This document shows, piece after piece, positions 20,001 to 36,337 of a stretch of DNA of 64,000 nucleotides; positions within the stretch are counted from its first letter, which is position 1; each line of letters opens with the position of its first letter. The notes beneath the pieces are model-generated. The model was not told the DNA's origin. It saw only the letters and a list, made by a program, of their open reading frames with translations, and made no database searches. The position numbers and the translations under genes were made by a program. The stretch lies in the NCBI RefSeq assembly GCF_009914755.1, contig NC_060927.1, one strand, 5' to 3'. Origin of the DNA: the human T2T-CHM13v2.0 reference genome, Homo sapiens.

Positions 20001-21869
20001 TTCACTCCTCTAAGAGAAAAATAAATGAATTCAGTTTAGTTCAATTTAGTGAATATCTATTAAATATCCACTGTGCCAGGCAAGGTGCTAGACCCTGGGA
20101 TTACAAGGGTGAACAAGACAAGATATGCTCATTGTTCTCGAGATCATGTTCAATCCAGTGGGAGAGAAAAACACATACATATTTGGTTTTAGCCAAGGTT
20201 TGAGATCTATTTTAGAGACAAAGCCAAGTTGGACCAAGTTCTTCTCTCTATTGCTCTCAAATCACCCTTTTTTGCTACCCACATTGACTCCTAGCACCTA
20301 GAATTACAGTAACTGGCCCATAGGATACTCAGGGAGTGTTGTTAGAAGGAATAAACTTGAGGATTCAGCAAGGGCCTCCTGGAAGAGATAATACGAGTCA
20401 CAAAAAAACTCAGGTGACAAAGACTAGAATGACCTTCCTGGAAGAGGAAACTGTATAAGCAAAACACATTAGATATAAAACAGCATGTTCTAGGGGTGAA
20501 TTGAGCACATGCAAAAAATAAATAAATAAAGCAGAATAAGGGTATGCAACTGAAGATATGAGCAAGGGTCAGGTCTTTGTATTCATGACTAAGACAGTGC
20601 ACTTTATTCTGTCATTGAAAATCATTGAAGTGTTTAAAACAAGTCACAGGGTAAGATTTGTGTTTTCACAGAAAATTTTGTTAGAAAGTAATGTGTTGGC
20701 TTCAGGACAGCCTGGCACTCAGATCCTATGTTTGTCATAACCTCGGTCTAAGTACTTGAGCTCAGCCTAAGATGAATGGACACTGAGAGGCTTGAAGTGT
20801 ATGTAGATACAGTCCATGAAGCAGCGCCTTGACAACCATCGTGAAGTGATTGGGTTACCACATAGACAATGCGACATGTCATTTACTGCTCAGATCTGGG
20901 GATGCTGTGTTCTGGTGTCTGAGAGAGTCTGATGGAGCTCTGCAGCTTTTAGAAACAGCAGGCATTATTATATATAGCTTTCAGAAACCCCTTCCAATCA
21001 GGCTCACCCTTTCTGTCAGTTAGAGGGTAAAATCCATGTTTCTTAGCAGTCAGGTTGAGAGAGCAAAAAAAAAGAGGGATGAAGACAAACTGAATTCCAG
21101 CTACTAATCTCTGAGATGCAGTATATAAATATGCCATATTCACTCTCTTTCATTTGAATCTGCCTTCCTGGGAAGAGACCATATGTCATAAAAAAATTCA
21201 TAGTTTCTTTTAGATTAATCTTCAGTAAGAAGCCCCAAAATATTAAATCTCAGTGCTCTCACATTTTTCTTCTCCCCTCATAAACAATTCGATTCAATTT
21301 GAATTAATATTTATCGAGTGCTAACAAAATGCATGGCAATATAGTGGATGCTGTAATAGAACTGCTACATAAAGGGATAATACTCATGTCCTACTTTAAG
21401 AAAAGGAAACAGTCTGTTTTATACGAGACAATAGGAACAATATAGCAATAACAACCATTGCACCACAAGATAGGATCAAAAGTTATTTAATTCTGTCACC
21501 ATTTATTAACCATCTACCATATTCAAGGAAACCAATATGTCCTAAACCAAACTTGAGGAGGCTATGTTGAGGAAGACCAGAAAAAGGAATATAGATTTTG
21601 TTTGAATAAGAGAACTGTGTCATTTGTAGAGAAATAGATTTGTGCTATACCTCATGTATGAATAAATGGGGCTGTTCCTCTCAGCCAGACAGAGGTGAAT
21701 AGATCCTCATTTATTGATTTATCTGGAGTGTTTTTGTTTGTTTGCTTTTGGTTAAATGACCTTAGAAGTCTTTATATGTTGCTTTATTTTGCCAAATTAT
21801 GCTACCCAACCTAGCCCAGAATTAGGTAAAATTTGGTTCAGTTGTTTTTCCAAAAACTCCAATAGATAA

Positions 21870-22080
21870 GAATACAGGCTCTGTCATTGCCTGGATTCAA
21901 ATCCGGACTCCACCACTCACTAGGTTATTAGATCTCTTTGTCCTCCAGTTTCACCATCTACAAGATGAAGATAATCACTACGTTTACATCACATCAATAT
22001 TGAGAGAATGAAATAAAATAAGACCTGTAAAAACCTTAGTCTGGGACTGGCTTATCGTGTTCAATGAATGTTAGCTATTT
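21870..22080 (+). mobile_element. MIR SINE
   Basis: ctggattcaaatccggactccaccactcactagg...cagtttcaccatctacaagatgaagataat. Confidence 0.75.
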
Positions 22081-23164
22081 TTCTCCTATAATAATGTGGA
22101 AGAAATTATCAGATGCATTCCCAAAAGCATATAGAACTATTTGTAGAGCTTTTTTTTTTTCGTCAAGCCCACATTTTATAAACAGTAGATAGACCAATTG
22201 GATCGTGGATAAATAGACAGAAGATTGTAGTGATAGAGAGATAAAATAACACAGGTGGGGTTCCCTGGGAAAGATTGTAAAAAGATGTGCACGCAGGAAC
22301 TTTGTTGGGAGGGCTCACAGGACCAGCTTCCTTATTCCTATAGCTTCCAGAGTTTTGGAAGCTGATAGCCCTTAACCGAATCACTCCCTAGGGAATGCTC
22401 TTGGCTAAAGAAAGCTACCTCACCCAAGGCCATGACCCCTTTACACGAGCAGCCTGAATCCAGTGATTGAGGTAGGACAGGGGCCCAGTCTTTCTTTCCT
22501 CAGTTTGAGCCAACTCTGAGGAGTTATCCAGAACATCCCATAAAATAGATGAAGGCCTTTGGGTGAAGGCACTGAACTGTAACCTGCTGCTGCCCAATCC
22601 TGCTTTCTTCTCTTCCTCAGAGGTATTGATGCTGAGAGTGTCTAATCAAAAATCATGATTTAATGAAACTCATAAGATTTACTGCTTCACCAAGGACATT
22701 CTTAAGAAAACCTAGCTTTTTTTTTTTTTAATCTTTCTGTGAGTGCCTGTGTCAGAGAAGAATATGAGAATACTAGTATAGCTTGGTTTGGTGCTGACTT
22801 GATTCCTGATAAGACTCCTGCAGTTTTACCCATCAGAGTTTTGTACCATTTGTGCAAATATCAACCTAGTGAAAAAAGGCAAAAACATGTACTTAGTGCT
22901 ATTATGAAAATAATTTTGACCTCATGGACCCCTGAAAATGTCTTGGCCAATGGATTAGAAGTAAATATCCTACATTTATAGTCCTATAAAAGAACATAAA
23001 GAAAGTAGTTTAGATTCTTTTAATACACCAAAATCTTATTTTTAAAATGATACCACTTACCATTATTAGAACCGTTATTACCATGATGATTGAAATGAAA
23101 GCAGTTAATCTAAATCTTCAAATGTTGGTGACAAAAATATTTTAAGGTTAATTTTTAAAATAAC

Positions 23165-23610
23165 TTGCATAATAGCCAAAAAGTAGAAATAAGTCAAATA
23201 TCCATCAACTGATGAATACACAAAAAGAGTAGAAATTATCCAGCAATAAAATGAATAAATTACTGATACATGCTACAATGTGGATGAACCTTGGAAACAT
23301 ACTAGGTGAAAGAAGACAGTCACAAAAGACCACATATTGTATGATTCCATTCAAGAGATATCCAGAATAGGCAAATATATAGAGCTAGAAAGTAGACTAC
23401 TGGTTGCCCGGGGTGGTGGGAGGAGTTAGGAGAAGTGAGGAGTTATTGCTAGTAAAGATGGGCCTTTTCAGAGGGGATGACGAAAATGTTCTAGAGTTGA
23501 TTTTGGTGATAGTTGTACAACTCCGTGAATAAGGTAAAAACTCAATTGTATACTTTAAAAGATACATTGTATGGTACACAAATTATATTTCAATAAAAGT
23601 ATTAAAAAAC
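23165..23610 (+). mobile_element. Old L1 3' fragment (L1MB/L1MC type)
   Basis: aatagccaaaaagtagaaa...catgctacaatgtggatgaaccttggaaac...tcaataaaag plus A-rich end. Confidence 0.8.
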
Positions 23611-25613
23611 AAATTGGTGCTTTGTGACACACTCGGCATAGATAGAACATTAAATTTCAACCTGGTCTTAAGTAACTATTTCTCATCATATATGTAGGAG
23701 CATATGTTGAGAAGTGATTTTTCAGAAAAGTGAGAAGGGAATTTTCTGACTCATTAAAATTGCAAAAAAAAACACATATAATAACAGTAATAACAAGGAC
23801 TAACTATTATTAAATTAAGTGAGGAGCTGTGCTGTCTGCTTTATATGTGATTCTCCCTGCAATTCCAAGTTAGATGACTCTATTCTCATCGTGTAGATAA
23901 GGAAACAGACACTCGAGTTTTCAGGTGCCCCATTAACATTCACTACTACTTTAAAATTCTGCTTGACAAGAATTATGATAGGAGGCAACTCCATTTTTGA
24001 ATAGGTAAAAAAGCCAACTTTTAAACTTCAGTGTACTTCATTTTAGGTCGAAAGAACTTATACTTTCAATTCCACTCAAAGGTTTCAAGATTCCTAATAG
24101 AAGAGTGGTAGGTAGTGTACATGATAGAAGAGGCAGATTCCATCTAATAGTGTACTGTCTAAGAAGATGGATTTGAAACAGAAAGAGCTAATAACATCAA
24201 AGATTTTCTTTGCTAGGTCATCCTTTATACATTAATTATACAGAAGTGCCGGCTTAAATGGATATTCTTGCTCTAAGAGTGTTTTTTTAAGAGAGGGTTC
24301 TTTCCCTTACTCTGCACTTGAGTTGGGAGATATTATCAGAGAGCTATCAGAGAGATAAGTTGATAGAGCAAGACAAAGTTTATTTCATTTGTAGTATAAG
24401 CTTATTCATTTACCTGAACAATGAATCATCATTGTATAAGAGACTGTGTCACCATGACAGCTAGGGTAAGATCATCTCTGTCCTGAAGCTGCACTATGGT
24501 TTGAAATCAGATATGTATTCATAAAATCTGCTTTAACTTTTAAAATTTATAAGTTTCTCTTATTTGTGCTTCTAATGTATAACATAAAGTAATATAGCCC
24601 TACAATCTACTGCTAGATATTCATTTTTAATATCATTCATAAATAAATGTTGCATGATGTATAAAAAAAAGAATTTTTCATGTTGCTCTATAACTCCATT
24701 AAAGACAACAATCTCCGAATAACTAGGTAGAATAATATGCATTATTTTTCACACTTAAAATATTTTTATTTTTATTTCCTCTAATTTCAAGGGTACTATT
24801 TGTTTACTATTTGTATCTGGTCTTGTTGGTGCATACATTTTGCTCAGATAACAATTGGGTATTTTTTAACTCTTTAAAATGAAAACATTATTTTAAAATC
24901 AAGGTGGAGGGAATAAGATGGGATTGATTAGTTAAATGGGATTGATACTGATACCATGCCTGACTCATTCTCCACATCATTTAATTTAATCCTTCCAATC
25001 AGGAGCTAAAATTGTCTCATTTTTCTGTCAATTGCTAACAACTTTTCTGTCTTCCCTGTATAATGAAAAAAATGGAAAACTCTATTTCTTTTCTGTTTGC
25101 TTGTGCTTTTTTTCATTCTGCTGCTTTCCTATACTTGTTTCTTGTTTATACCATCACTTTTTTTTTCCTGAGTCACCTGTCCTGACTACTATTTTTCACA
25201 GTATCTCCAGTTATCACACGGGTTTTATCCAGTCCTAGGTTTTGCTGCCCTTCTACCCAGCTGTACAGCTGGTTCAAAGCTCACAGCTATGGAAAGTGGA
25301 TTCTATTTGTTTGGTAGCCTTTTTTTTGGCAGACTTTGCTCTTACTTTATTTCACTTTAGTTCTCTCCTATTACCTAAGCTTTTGAAATAATTTTGTTCT
25401 GAGAGTTAATTTGGTTGGTTTCCTTCTGTCCTTTGTTTAGTTGTCCTTCACTACTTCCAGTTAAATTTTCCCTTTTCTTTAAATGTCAAACAAATTATTA
25501 CTTTTCCTTATGAATATAGTCAGTGATCACCAAAGTTGATGCTTATCTTCATTTGATCCAATAAAATAAATATAAGGATCTTATTTAATACACACACGCA
25601 CACACTGCATTAA

Positions 25614-25880
<267 letters not shown>

Positions 25881-28260
25881 TAATATAGTCTGTTTACTTT
25901 TATTGTTTTTAATGTCATTAGAGTAATTCTGTTTCTGCCTTCCTAATTTTCTGCTTGTATTTATTACTTTGCTAATTTGATATCATTATTTAATTGAGAA
26001 GTATTTGCTTTGAGTGTCTAGTTTATAACAACAACAACAAAAAAGAAAACAAAAACTTTCATACCTGACTGTTTTCTTTCTTTCATTGTCCTGGGACTTT
26101 AACATCATGCTTAACGTCCATGTCATGACTGGATGTTATAACATGGGCTGAAGTATCTTTGATGATTTAATAATTTTATTTAAATAGAGTTCTGTGTATC
26201 TAAATGGTAGAATTAATTACTACCTCAGTAATATGAGGAACCAGTGATTCTGAAATGACTTTATTTCCAAATGGTTTTGAATGATCTGATCATACTTATA
26301 AAGAACAATATGGGTTTCTTTGGAGATATATAAGTACACTCTAAACCTTTTCCTAAATGATACTTGGAGAAAATGTGAGCTGAAATGCAAATTTAAAACT
26401 TTAGAACCAAACCGTCATCCACAAATTATATCAGTTCAATTTGTCCTATGGATAGTGTAAATATTTCTGACTGTCCTAAACCAATTCATTTCACTGATCT
26501 CCTTGGTTATTGTTTTGAGAAATTTGGTCTCAAAGTCTCTGTTGTGCTATCTTCAAGCTACTAATTCATAAAGTTATATTCTGTTATTTTTTTAAACAAA
26601 CCTTCACCACTAACTCATTTGGCAGTCAGTTTCAATGAAAAATAAGTTATTAAAGCTACTCAAAAGATTTTTATTATATTCTTATTTTCTCACTTTACAC
26701 ATTATTTTAAAAGATGCAACTTCATTATTGAGTCCTTTTTTATTTCATGCTTTATGAGTTTTTTTGAAACTTTGCTGTATTCAGTTACTCCAGAATAAAA
26801 TGCAAGTTTAATATTGTGAAAGGAATATTTTATGCCTTGCTATATTTGCTTTGTAGAAATGTTATCTATTAATTTATCAATGATATTTTTCACAGTTTCT
26901 TCAACAAAGAAATATAGTTCTAAGGAAAATAAATTAACCTTTCATTGTCTGATATATAAAGTAGCAGTGTAGGAGTATCTACTGATCTTTTAATTTAACC
27001 AAAAAGCTTCATAAAAATAAAAGTCTATCAGTTCTGAAAACAATTTGTGCAGTTTAGAAAAAGCAGTATTTTCAACTCCATTTTTAAATTGGAAAATATC
27101 ATAATTATTTTCATTTTTCTCAAGGCCTTTATTTTCTTTTATCTTTACAAATTTATAACTTAAAACAACTTTTGAAGTTATAGAACAACGAATATAAAAT
27201 TTTTCCATTAAGCACATTATTTCTAATGCTGAAGAATAATGTTGAAAAGTGTTATACAAATATTCCAAATGTAATATTTATAAAAATTGCAACAAATACA
27301 ATCTACTAAAAAATAAAATATGATGGGAAATTACTACACTCTTTGTGGCAGTAAGCCTATATAAATAGACTTGAAATTTAATAAAATAATATTTTAACTG
27401 CTTTTTAAAATGGTAAGCTTATAACTAAATGTAATATACTCATGAAATTGGCAGATAACTGAAATTTTTATGCATACGTAAGTTTTGTTACATCAAATTT
27501 AACAACCAGACTCTTGGCATTTTCTGTCTTATGTGATTCTAAAGACTAAGAGGCCTAGGACAGTGCTTTTTAAAATTTAGATTGGACCCCAGACTTAAAT
27601 AGCAAATTAGGTAACCAGAATATTAACACTCTAAAAACTGCCTTTGAAAAGCTGTAGATTATGTCTTGATTAAGAAATAAGTCTCTGAATTTAGAAGGTA
27701 TCAATTAAATGGCAAATAATATAATCAAGTTTTTTTTTTTTAAGTCTCAGAACTACTTACTGTTCAGAGGACTGACTTTATAATGAACATGGACATTCAG
27801 CACTTAAAATAGTAAAGCTCTTGCCTTTAAAGACTTTATACTTTCACAGGTTAGAAGGTTCATGCTGCCTTGCAATTCAATACAGTAAGTGTGGTCATGG
27901 GGGTCTTAAAAAGAACTACAGAAGTACCAAAAAGCAGAGGTTGAAGAAGGCGTCACAAAAAGTCAAAATGTGAACCAAATCTTAGGAGAATTTATTACGC
28001 TGACAGTTGGAGGAAAGGTAGTCCAGATGGAGAAGAAGAAAGAAAAAAGACATGGAAATGCAAAAAAGTGAATGGGCCTATCGATGAAAATTTGGGGCCA
28101 TAGGCAATGGAGGGGCCAATTTTCCTGGAATAAATGTAAAGGTACCTGAGTGGCACTCCAAGAAATTTGAAGGTTTTTGTATAGCAACTAGGAGACAGGC
28201 ACTGATTTATTTAAACAGGAAATAACAAACATAGACGCATGTCTTAGAAGATATTATTGG

Positions 28261-28625
<365 letters not shown>

Positions 28626-29204
28626 CTAGTAGCAGACAGACCAGTTAGGCATTATTGCAATAAACCAGAATGGTTATATGACTTTAATTAGGGCAATGAC
28701 AGTTGGAATAAAGAGGAGGAGAGAGAAATAACATAAATTAACATGTTCATTATATGTTCATTATGATTCAATAATTAATTGGATATTAATTGTAAGGAAG
28801 AAGGAGGATTTAAAGATGGCACTAATATTTCTAGATTGAACAACTGGTTAAATGGAGATGCTGTTAATCAAGACAGAGAATCCCTATTAGAGATGACCTG
28901 GCTAATGGTATTAGATTACAAAGCAAAATTATAAAAGAAGATATTCTATTATAACAAAATTATAATAGACAGATATTCTGTCTCAAAGGCAAGATAATGC
29001 CAAATGATCATTGGCATTCTGTCAAAACTTTGTTTATAAATTTTAGAGCATTCTATGAATGTACTTAGCCCCCAAATACTTTTCACATTTCCTCTTAAAA
29101 AGAATGAAATAGTTAGAAACCTGCCTACTGAAGATACAAGTCAATTCAAGCAAACCCTGTATAATAAAATACAGAGGAAGAATGGTCATTTATATGAAAA
29201 GGGT

Positions 29205-30109
29205 GGGGGAGGAGCCAAGATGGCTGAATAGGAATAGCTCCGGTCTACAGCTACCAGCGTGAGCGACGCAGAAGACGGGTGATTTCTGCATTTCCATCTG
29301 AGGTACCGGGTTCATCTCACTAGGGAGTGCCAGACAGTGGGCGCAGGATAGTGGGTGCAGCGCACCATGCGCGAGCCGAAGCAGAGCGAGGCATTGCCTC
29401 CCTTGGGAAGCGCAAGGGGTCGGAGTTCCCTTTCTGAGTCAAAGAAAGGGGTGACGGACGCACCTGGAAAATCGGGTCACTCCCACCCGAATATTGCGCT
29501 TTTCAGACCGGCTTAAAAAACAGCGCACCACGAGATTATATCCCACACCTGGCTCAGAGGGTCCTATGCCCACGGAGTCTCGCTGATTGCTAGCACAGCA
29601 GTCTGAGATCAAACTGCAAGGCGGCAGCGAGGCTGGGGGAGGGGCGCCCGCCATTGCCCAGGCTTGCTTAGGTAAACAAAGCAGCCAGGAAGCTCGAACT
29701 GGGTGGAGCCCACCACAGCTCAAGGAGGCCTGCCTGCCTCTGTAGGCTCCACCTCTGGGGGCAGGGCACAGACAAACAAAAAGACAGCAGTAACCTCTGC
29801 AGACTTAAATGTCCCTGTCTGACAGCTTTGCAGAGAGCAGTGGTTCTCCCAGCACGCAGCTGGAGATCTGAGAACGGGCAGACTGCCTCCTCAAGTGGGT
29901 ACCTGACCCCTGACCCCCGAGCAGCCTAACTGGGAGGCACCCCCCAGCAGGGGCACACTGACACCTCACACGGCAGGGTATTCCAACAGACCTGCAGCTG
30001 AGGGTCCTGTCTGTTAGAAGGAAAACTAACAAACAGAAAGGACATCCACACCAAAAACCCATCTGTACATCACCATCATCAAAGACCAAAAGTAGATAAA
30101 ACCACAAAG
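29205..30109 (+). promoter_or_regulatory. L1 5' UTR with internal sense and antisense promoters (CpG-rich)
   Basis: Full-length L1PA2-type 5' UTR; YY1-type caagatggc at its start; the most CpG-dense part of the window. Confidence 0.8.
29439..29654 (-). CDS. ORF0: L1 antisense ORF0, 71 aa, open
   Basis: ATG at 29654-29652; MAGAPPPASLPPCSLISDCC...RCVRHPFL*, the primate L1 ORF0 peptide. Confidence 0.8.
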   Translation of the reverse strand: MAGAPPPASLPPCSLISDCCASNQRDSVGIGPSEPGVGYNLVVRCFLSRSEKRNIRVGVTRFSRCVRHPFL

Positions 30110-31126
30110 ATGGGGAAAAAACAGAACAGAAAAACTGGAAACTCTAAAAAGCAGAGCGCCTCTCCTCCTCCAAAGGAACGCAGTTCCTCACCAGCAACGG
30201 AACAAAGCTGGATGGAGAATGACTTTGACGAGCTGAGAGAAGAAGGCTTCAGACGATCAAATTACTCGGAGCTACGGGAGGACATTCAAACCAAAGGCAA
30301 AGAAGTTGAAAACTTTGAAAAAAATTTAGAAGAATGTATAACTAGAATAACCAATACAGAGAAGTGCTTAAAGGAGCTGATGGGGCTGAAAACCAAGGCT
30401 CGAGAACTACGTGAAGAATGCAGAAGTCTTAGGAGCCGATGCGATCAACTGGAAGAAAGGGTATCAGCAATGGAAGATGAAATGAATGAAATGAAGCGAG
30501 AAGGGAAGTTTAGAGAAAAAAGAATAAAAAGAAATGAGCAAATCCTCCAAGAAATATGGGACTATGTGAAAAGACCAAATCTACGTCTGATTGGTGTACC
30601 TGAAAGTGTTGGGGAGAATGGAACCAAGTTGGAAAACACTCTGCAGGATATTATCCAGGAGAACTTCCCCAATCTAGCAAGGCAGGCCAACGTTCAGATT
30701 CAGGAAATACAGAGAACGCCACAAAGATACTCCTCGAGAAGAGCAACCCCAAGACACATAATTGTCAGATTCACCAAAGTTGAAATGAAGGAAAAAATGT
30801 TAAGGGCAGCCAGAGAGAAAGGTCGGGTTACCCTCAAAGGGAAGCCCATCCGACTAACAGTGGATCTCTCGGCAGAAACCCTGCAAGCCAGAAGAGAGTG
30901 GGGGCCAATATTCAACATTCTTAAAGAAAAGAATTTTCAACCCAGAATTTCATATCCAGCCAAACTAAGCTTCATAAGTGAAGGAGAAATAAAATACTTT
31001 ACAGACAAGCAAATGCTGAGAGATTTTGTCACCACCAGGCCTGCCCTAAAAGAGCTCCTGAAGGAAGCGCTAAACATGGAAAGGAACAACCGGTACCAGC
31101 CACTGCAAAATCATGCCAAAATGTAA
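30110..31126 (+). CDS. ORF1: L1 ORF1p (p40, RNA-binding nucleic acid chaperone), intact 338 aa
   Basis: MGKKQNRKTGNSK...RYQPLQNHAKM*, full length; REKG, ARR and YPAKLS motifs retained. Confidence 0.93.
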   Translation: MGKKQNRKTGNSKKQSASPPPKERSSSPATEQSWMENDFDELREEGFRRSNYSELREDIQTKGKEVENFEKNLEECITRITNTEKCLKELMGLKTKARELREECRSLRSRCDQLEERVSAMEDEMNEMKREGKFREKRIKRNEQILQEIWDYVKRPNLRLIGVPESVGENGTKLENTLQDIIQENFPNLARQANVQIQEIQRTPQRYSSRRATPRHIIVRFTKVEMKEKMLRAAREKGRVTLKGKPIRLTVDLSAETLQARREWGPIFNILKEKNFQPRISYPAKLSFISEGEIKYFTDKQMLRDFVTTRPALKELLKEALNMERNNRYQPLQNHAKM

Positions 31127-31189
31127 TGACCATCCAGACTAGGAAGAAACTGCATCAACTAATGAGCAAAATCACCAGCTAACATCATA

Positions 31190-33236
<2,047 letters not shown>

Positions 33237-36061
33237 ACAATGAGATCACATGGACACAGGAAGGGGAATATCACACTCTGGGGACTGTGGTGGGGTGGGG
33301 GGAGGGGGGAGGGATAGCATTGGGAGATATACATAATGCTAGATGACGAGTTAGTGGGTGCAGTGCACCAGCATGGCACATGTATACATATGTAACTAAC
33401 CTGCACGTTGTGCACATGTACCCTAAAACTTAAAGTATAATAAAAAAAAAAGAAAAGGATTCTTTGTTTTATAAGAACATCTGCATGAAAATAGCTTTAA
33501 AGAGAAAATTCCCTTGATACGTATATATTTTACGTATAATTCAGTTTTTTTAAGTTGTATCTATATATAACTTTCTTTGAACGTATATTTTACCTTAGAT
33601 GATTTTGACTTTTTCTCTTGCTGTGTAACTATAATTGCTATTTGCTCATTATTTGTAAATGTTTTTTATAATCTGTGTCAGGAAGGATTTGGAGGAAAGA
33701 GAGGCTGCGAGGGCTTAAAAATAAGAAGACATGATAGATAAAGGTTGGGTTTTGTGGGGCAGTTGTTGGGGAGAGGTTTGTAATCTTCAAGAAAAAAATA
33801 TCTTTAGAACAGTATGCTACATGGAAGCTATCCTTTTCTAATCAAAATACGGACAGAATAGGCATTTTCCGTTAAAATGACTTTGCCAATTCAGAGACCC
33901 ACAAATCACAACAAAGAGCAATCAGAACTGGTTAAAGAAGATGGTCTGGAAAGCTTGTGTGAGCAGTGCAAGTCCAGCTCTGGTTATGGTACTGGACTGG
34001 TCCTCGTGTGGAAGAGAAACAGAAGGGCCATGGGAGCCAGTGGCCAGACCAGAAAGCAATGTGACAAGAGAGATAACCCTCCAACAGTGAGTCTTTCAGA
34101 GCCCCGTTTAAAAATCCTATACATGTAATATATAAGACAGTATTGTCCACATTTCAAAATACACTAAAGTAAATGAAGAATGAGATTTACACCTAAATAT
34201 AAGTAGAAATTCTAATATTTTCTTCTTCAACTTGAGTGTTTTGCATGCCGTGCTCTAGGTCTGACATATTCATTCACTGTGTACTTTACACAGTTTATTA
34301 TAGAGCGACCATATTTCAGGCACTATTCTTTGGAGGGCCAATTGTGAAACAGCTTCGCTAATTATCAGTCCCAAAAAAGGACTCCCATTCCATGAGGAAA
34401 ACAGCAAAAGATCAATCATCACTATGCCAGCCACCAGAAACAGGAGTCCATATGTACTTATGCCCACTGCATCCTGGGCTACTGTGTAGGTCCACCATGC
34501 ACTGGGTACCTATTTGCCAAAATCCAGTGAAAGAAAACATATTCACAAGTTATGTGAAATGGGTTTACTTCTTATAGATAATTAGCAAGGGACAGAAGTC
34601 TTGGATCCATTGTGTGTGGTTCCTCCAAGGCTGAAGAAAGCTGAACAGGAAAGATGTAGTCTTGATATGAATGCTCCACTTTCACAGCTGAGGGACCCTG
34701 AAAGGCAGTCCACTCTGGATTATGTACTTCAGGGGCCACATGACATACTGGGCAAAGCTGTAAAGGACATCCAGCTTCCAGGGAAGAGAGGAACAAAACT
34801 CAGTCTGTCCCATGCAGTTCCTTCGTAACTCAAGCTATTCAATTTCCTAGGAGGGACAGGTTTCAGGCAGTTTCTCCCTATCTGAGGATATTGCATTCCC
34901 AGCACATTGTACTGTTATTCTTCAGAACTACAAGCAAGAAAGCAAAGAGAGCTGGGTTGGTCCAAGGCCACTCAAAGAACTCTACTGCACCACCAACCAA
35001 AAACAAAGGGATTATTGAGAACAGATAAATGGCTACACAGGAATAAGACCAAGGGTAACCAAATAAGTCATATAGTAAAACTCATATATTGTACAGACAC
35101 CAAGAGTCGACAGCACAGCATGAAAGGCAACAAGAGTTGTAGCAGAAGGTTTTTCTGGTATAGTATGTAAGCCCTGAACTAAAATACATCAAGCTTTTTC
35201 AAAGAAACTTTAAGATCTGATAATGGCATGAAAACCAAGAAATGTGTATTGTGGGCCAAGATAGAAGGAAATAAATGCACAAAAATAGGATTTAGATGAG
35301 AACTGAGGCCTTGTTTTTACATGCCAATTCTATGATGAGATTACAAAGCACTTATGAGAGATTAGTGAATGATTAGGGTCCGCACCTAACAATACATATA
35401 TAATTAGTGTTATGTGGCTAAATTAATCTGCATAAAAGTTACTGACAGTTCACATTGTTTCCATCTGATTACATGGTCTCCTGTCTGGTTATAATTTAGG
35501 TGCTAAGAAATCACTGCCTTTTCTGAGTTTGACACACATTCACATGGACAACTGTTTTATAACCAGTTCCAGAGGAGGGACTCTCTCATTTGAATATTGC
35601 TAGGCAACCCAGTCTTAAACTTACATTGAAAATGCTAAGCCTCTTGGCTCTCAATTATGGAAATGAGATCCTATTTACCTAAAAAGAACATTAAAAGATA
35701 TATTATGGTGCACACTCATCCATTTTAAGAGATAGGTTTCATTTAAAATATAATGGCAGTAAATGTTCAGATTTTTAAAAAAATTCTCATGAGTAAACTT
35801 CTTTTATTATATTTTGAAGATCAAAGCAAAATAGAAGAATCATTTATTGCAATACTCGTTAAAAATTTTATGAGTCCTTGATTTTAACTTCTAATTGCAT
35901 CGATTTTGTGTTATCCATGGCAAATTTTGGTTTTGTTTGTCTGACAGCAGCAATTCAGTCGAAATACTTTGTTGAAATACAGAGCCTCATTATTGACAAT
36001 ATATAATCTGCATAATTACAGTTCTGTTAACATCTTAATTCTGTTTACTTTGCATTCATAG

Positions 36062-36106
36062 GACCTCTTCCAAACTCTAACACTTAACCTCTGCTATTCT
36101 GCATAA
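36062..36106 (+). CDS. EPHA6: EPHA6 alternative terminal exon (coding part), DLFQTLTLNLCYSA*
   Basis: Acceptor ctgtttactttgcattcatAG| at 36060-36061; phase 0, in frame with the exon ending at 25859; the peptide matches my recollection of a short EPHA6 isoform C-terminus; AATAAA downstream. Confidence 0.8.
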   Translation, partial: DLFQTLTLNLCYSA

Positions 36107-36331
36107 ATTCTGAGAAAAGCCAAATTTTCTGTCGGTCTAAGAAGACATAGCCTACACCCAACATGGAGATAATTATAAAAAATAATGAAGCAGCATGAGG
36201 GGAAGGTATTTAATGTGTATTTTAAAGTTGGGAGAGATTCTCCTTCACCTAATTTAGGTGTTTGTGAATTGGCTTGACTTTTTGAAGTTAATTTTTAAGC
36301 CTTGAACATGTCCAACTTTAAGAACTTTAAG

Positions 36332-36337
36332 AATAAA
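36332..36337 (+). terminator. Polyadenylation signal AATAAA for the short EPHA6 isoform
   Basis: First canonical AATAAA after the TAA at 36104-36106; CA dinucleotides ~10 nt downstream. Confidence 0.6.

Noticed and set aside
29805-30107. 100-aa antisense ORF in the L1 5' UTR
   Set aside because: Generic L1 5' UTR antisense frame, not ORF0; no locus-specific support.
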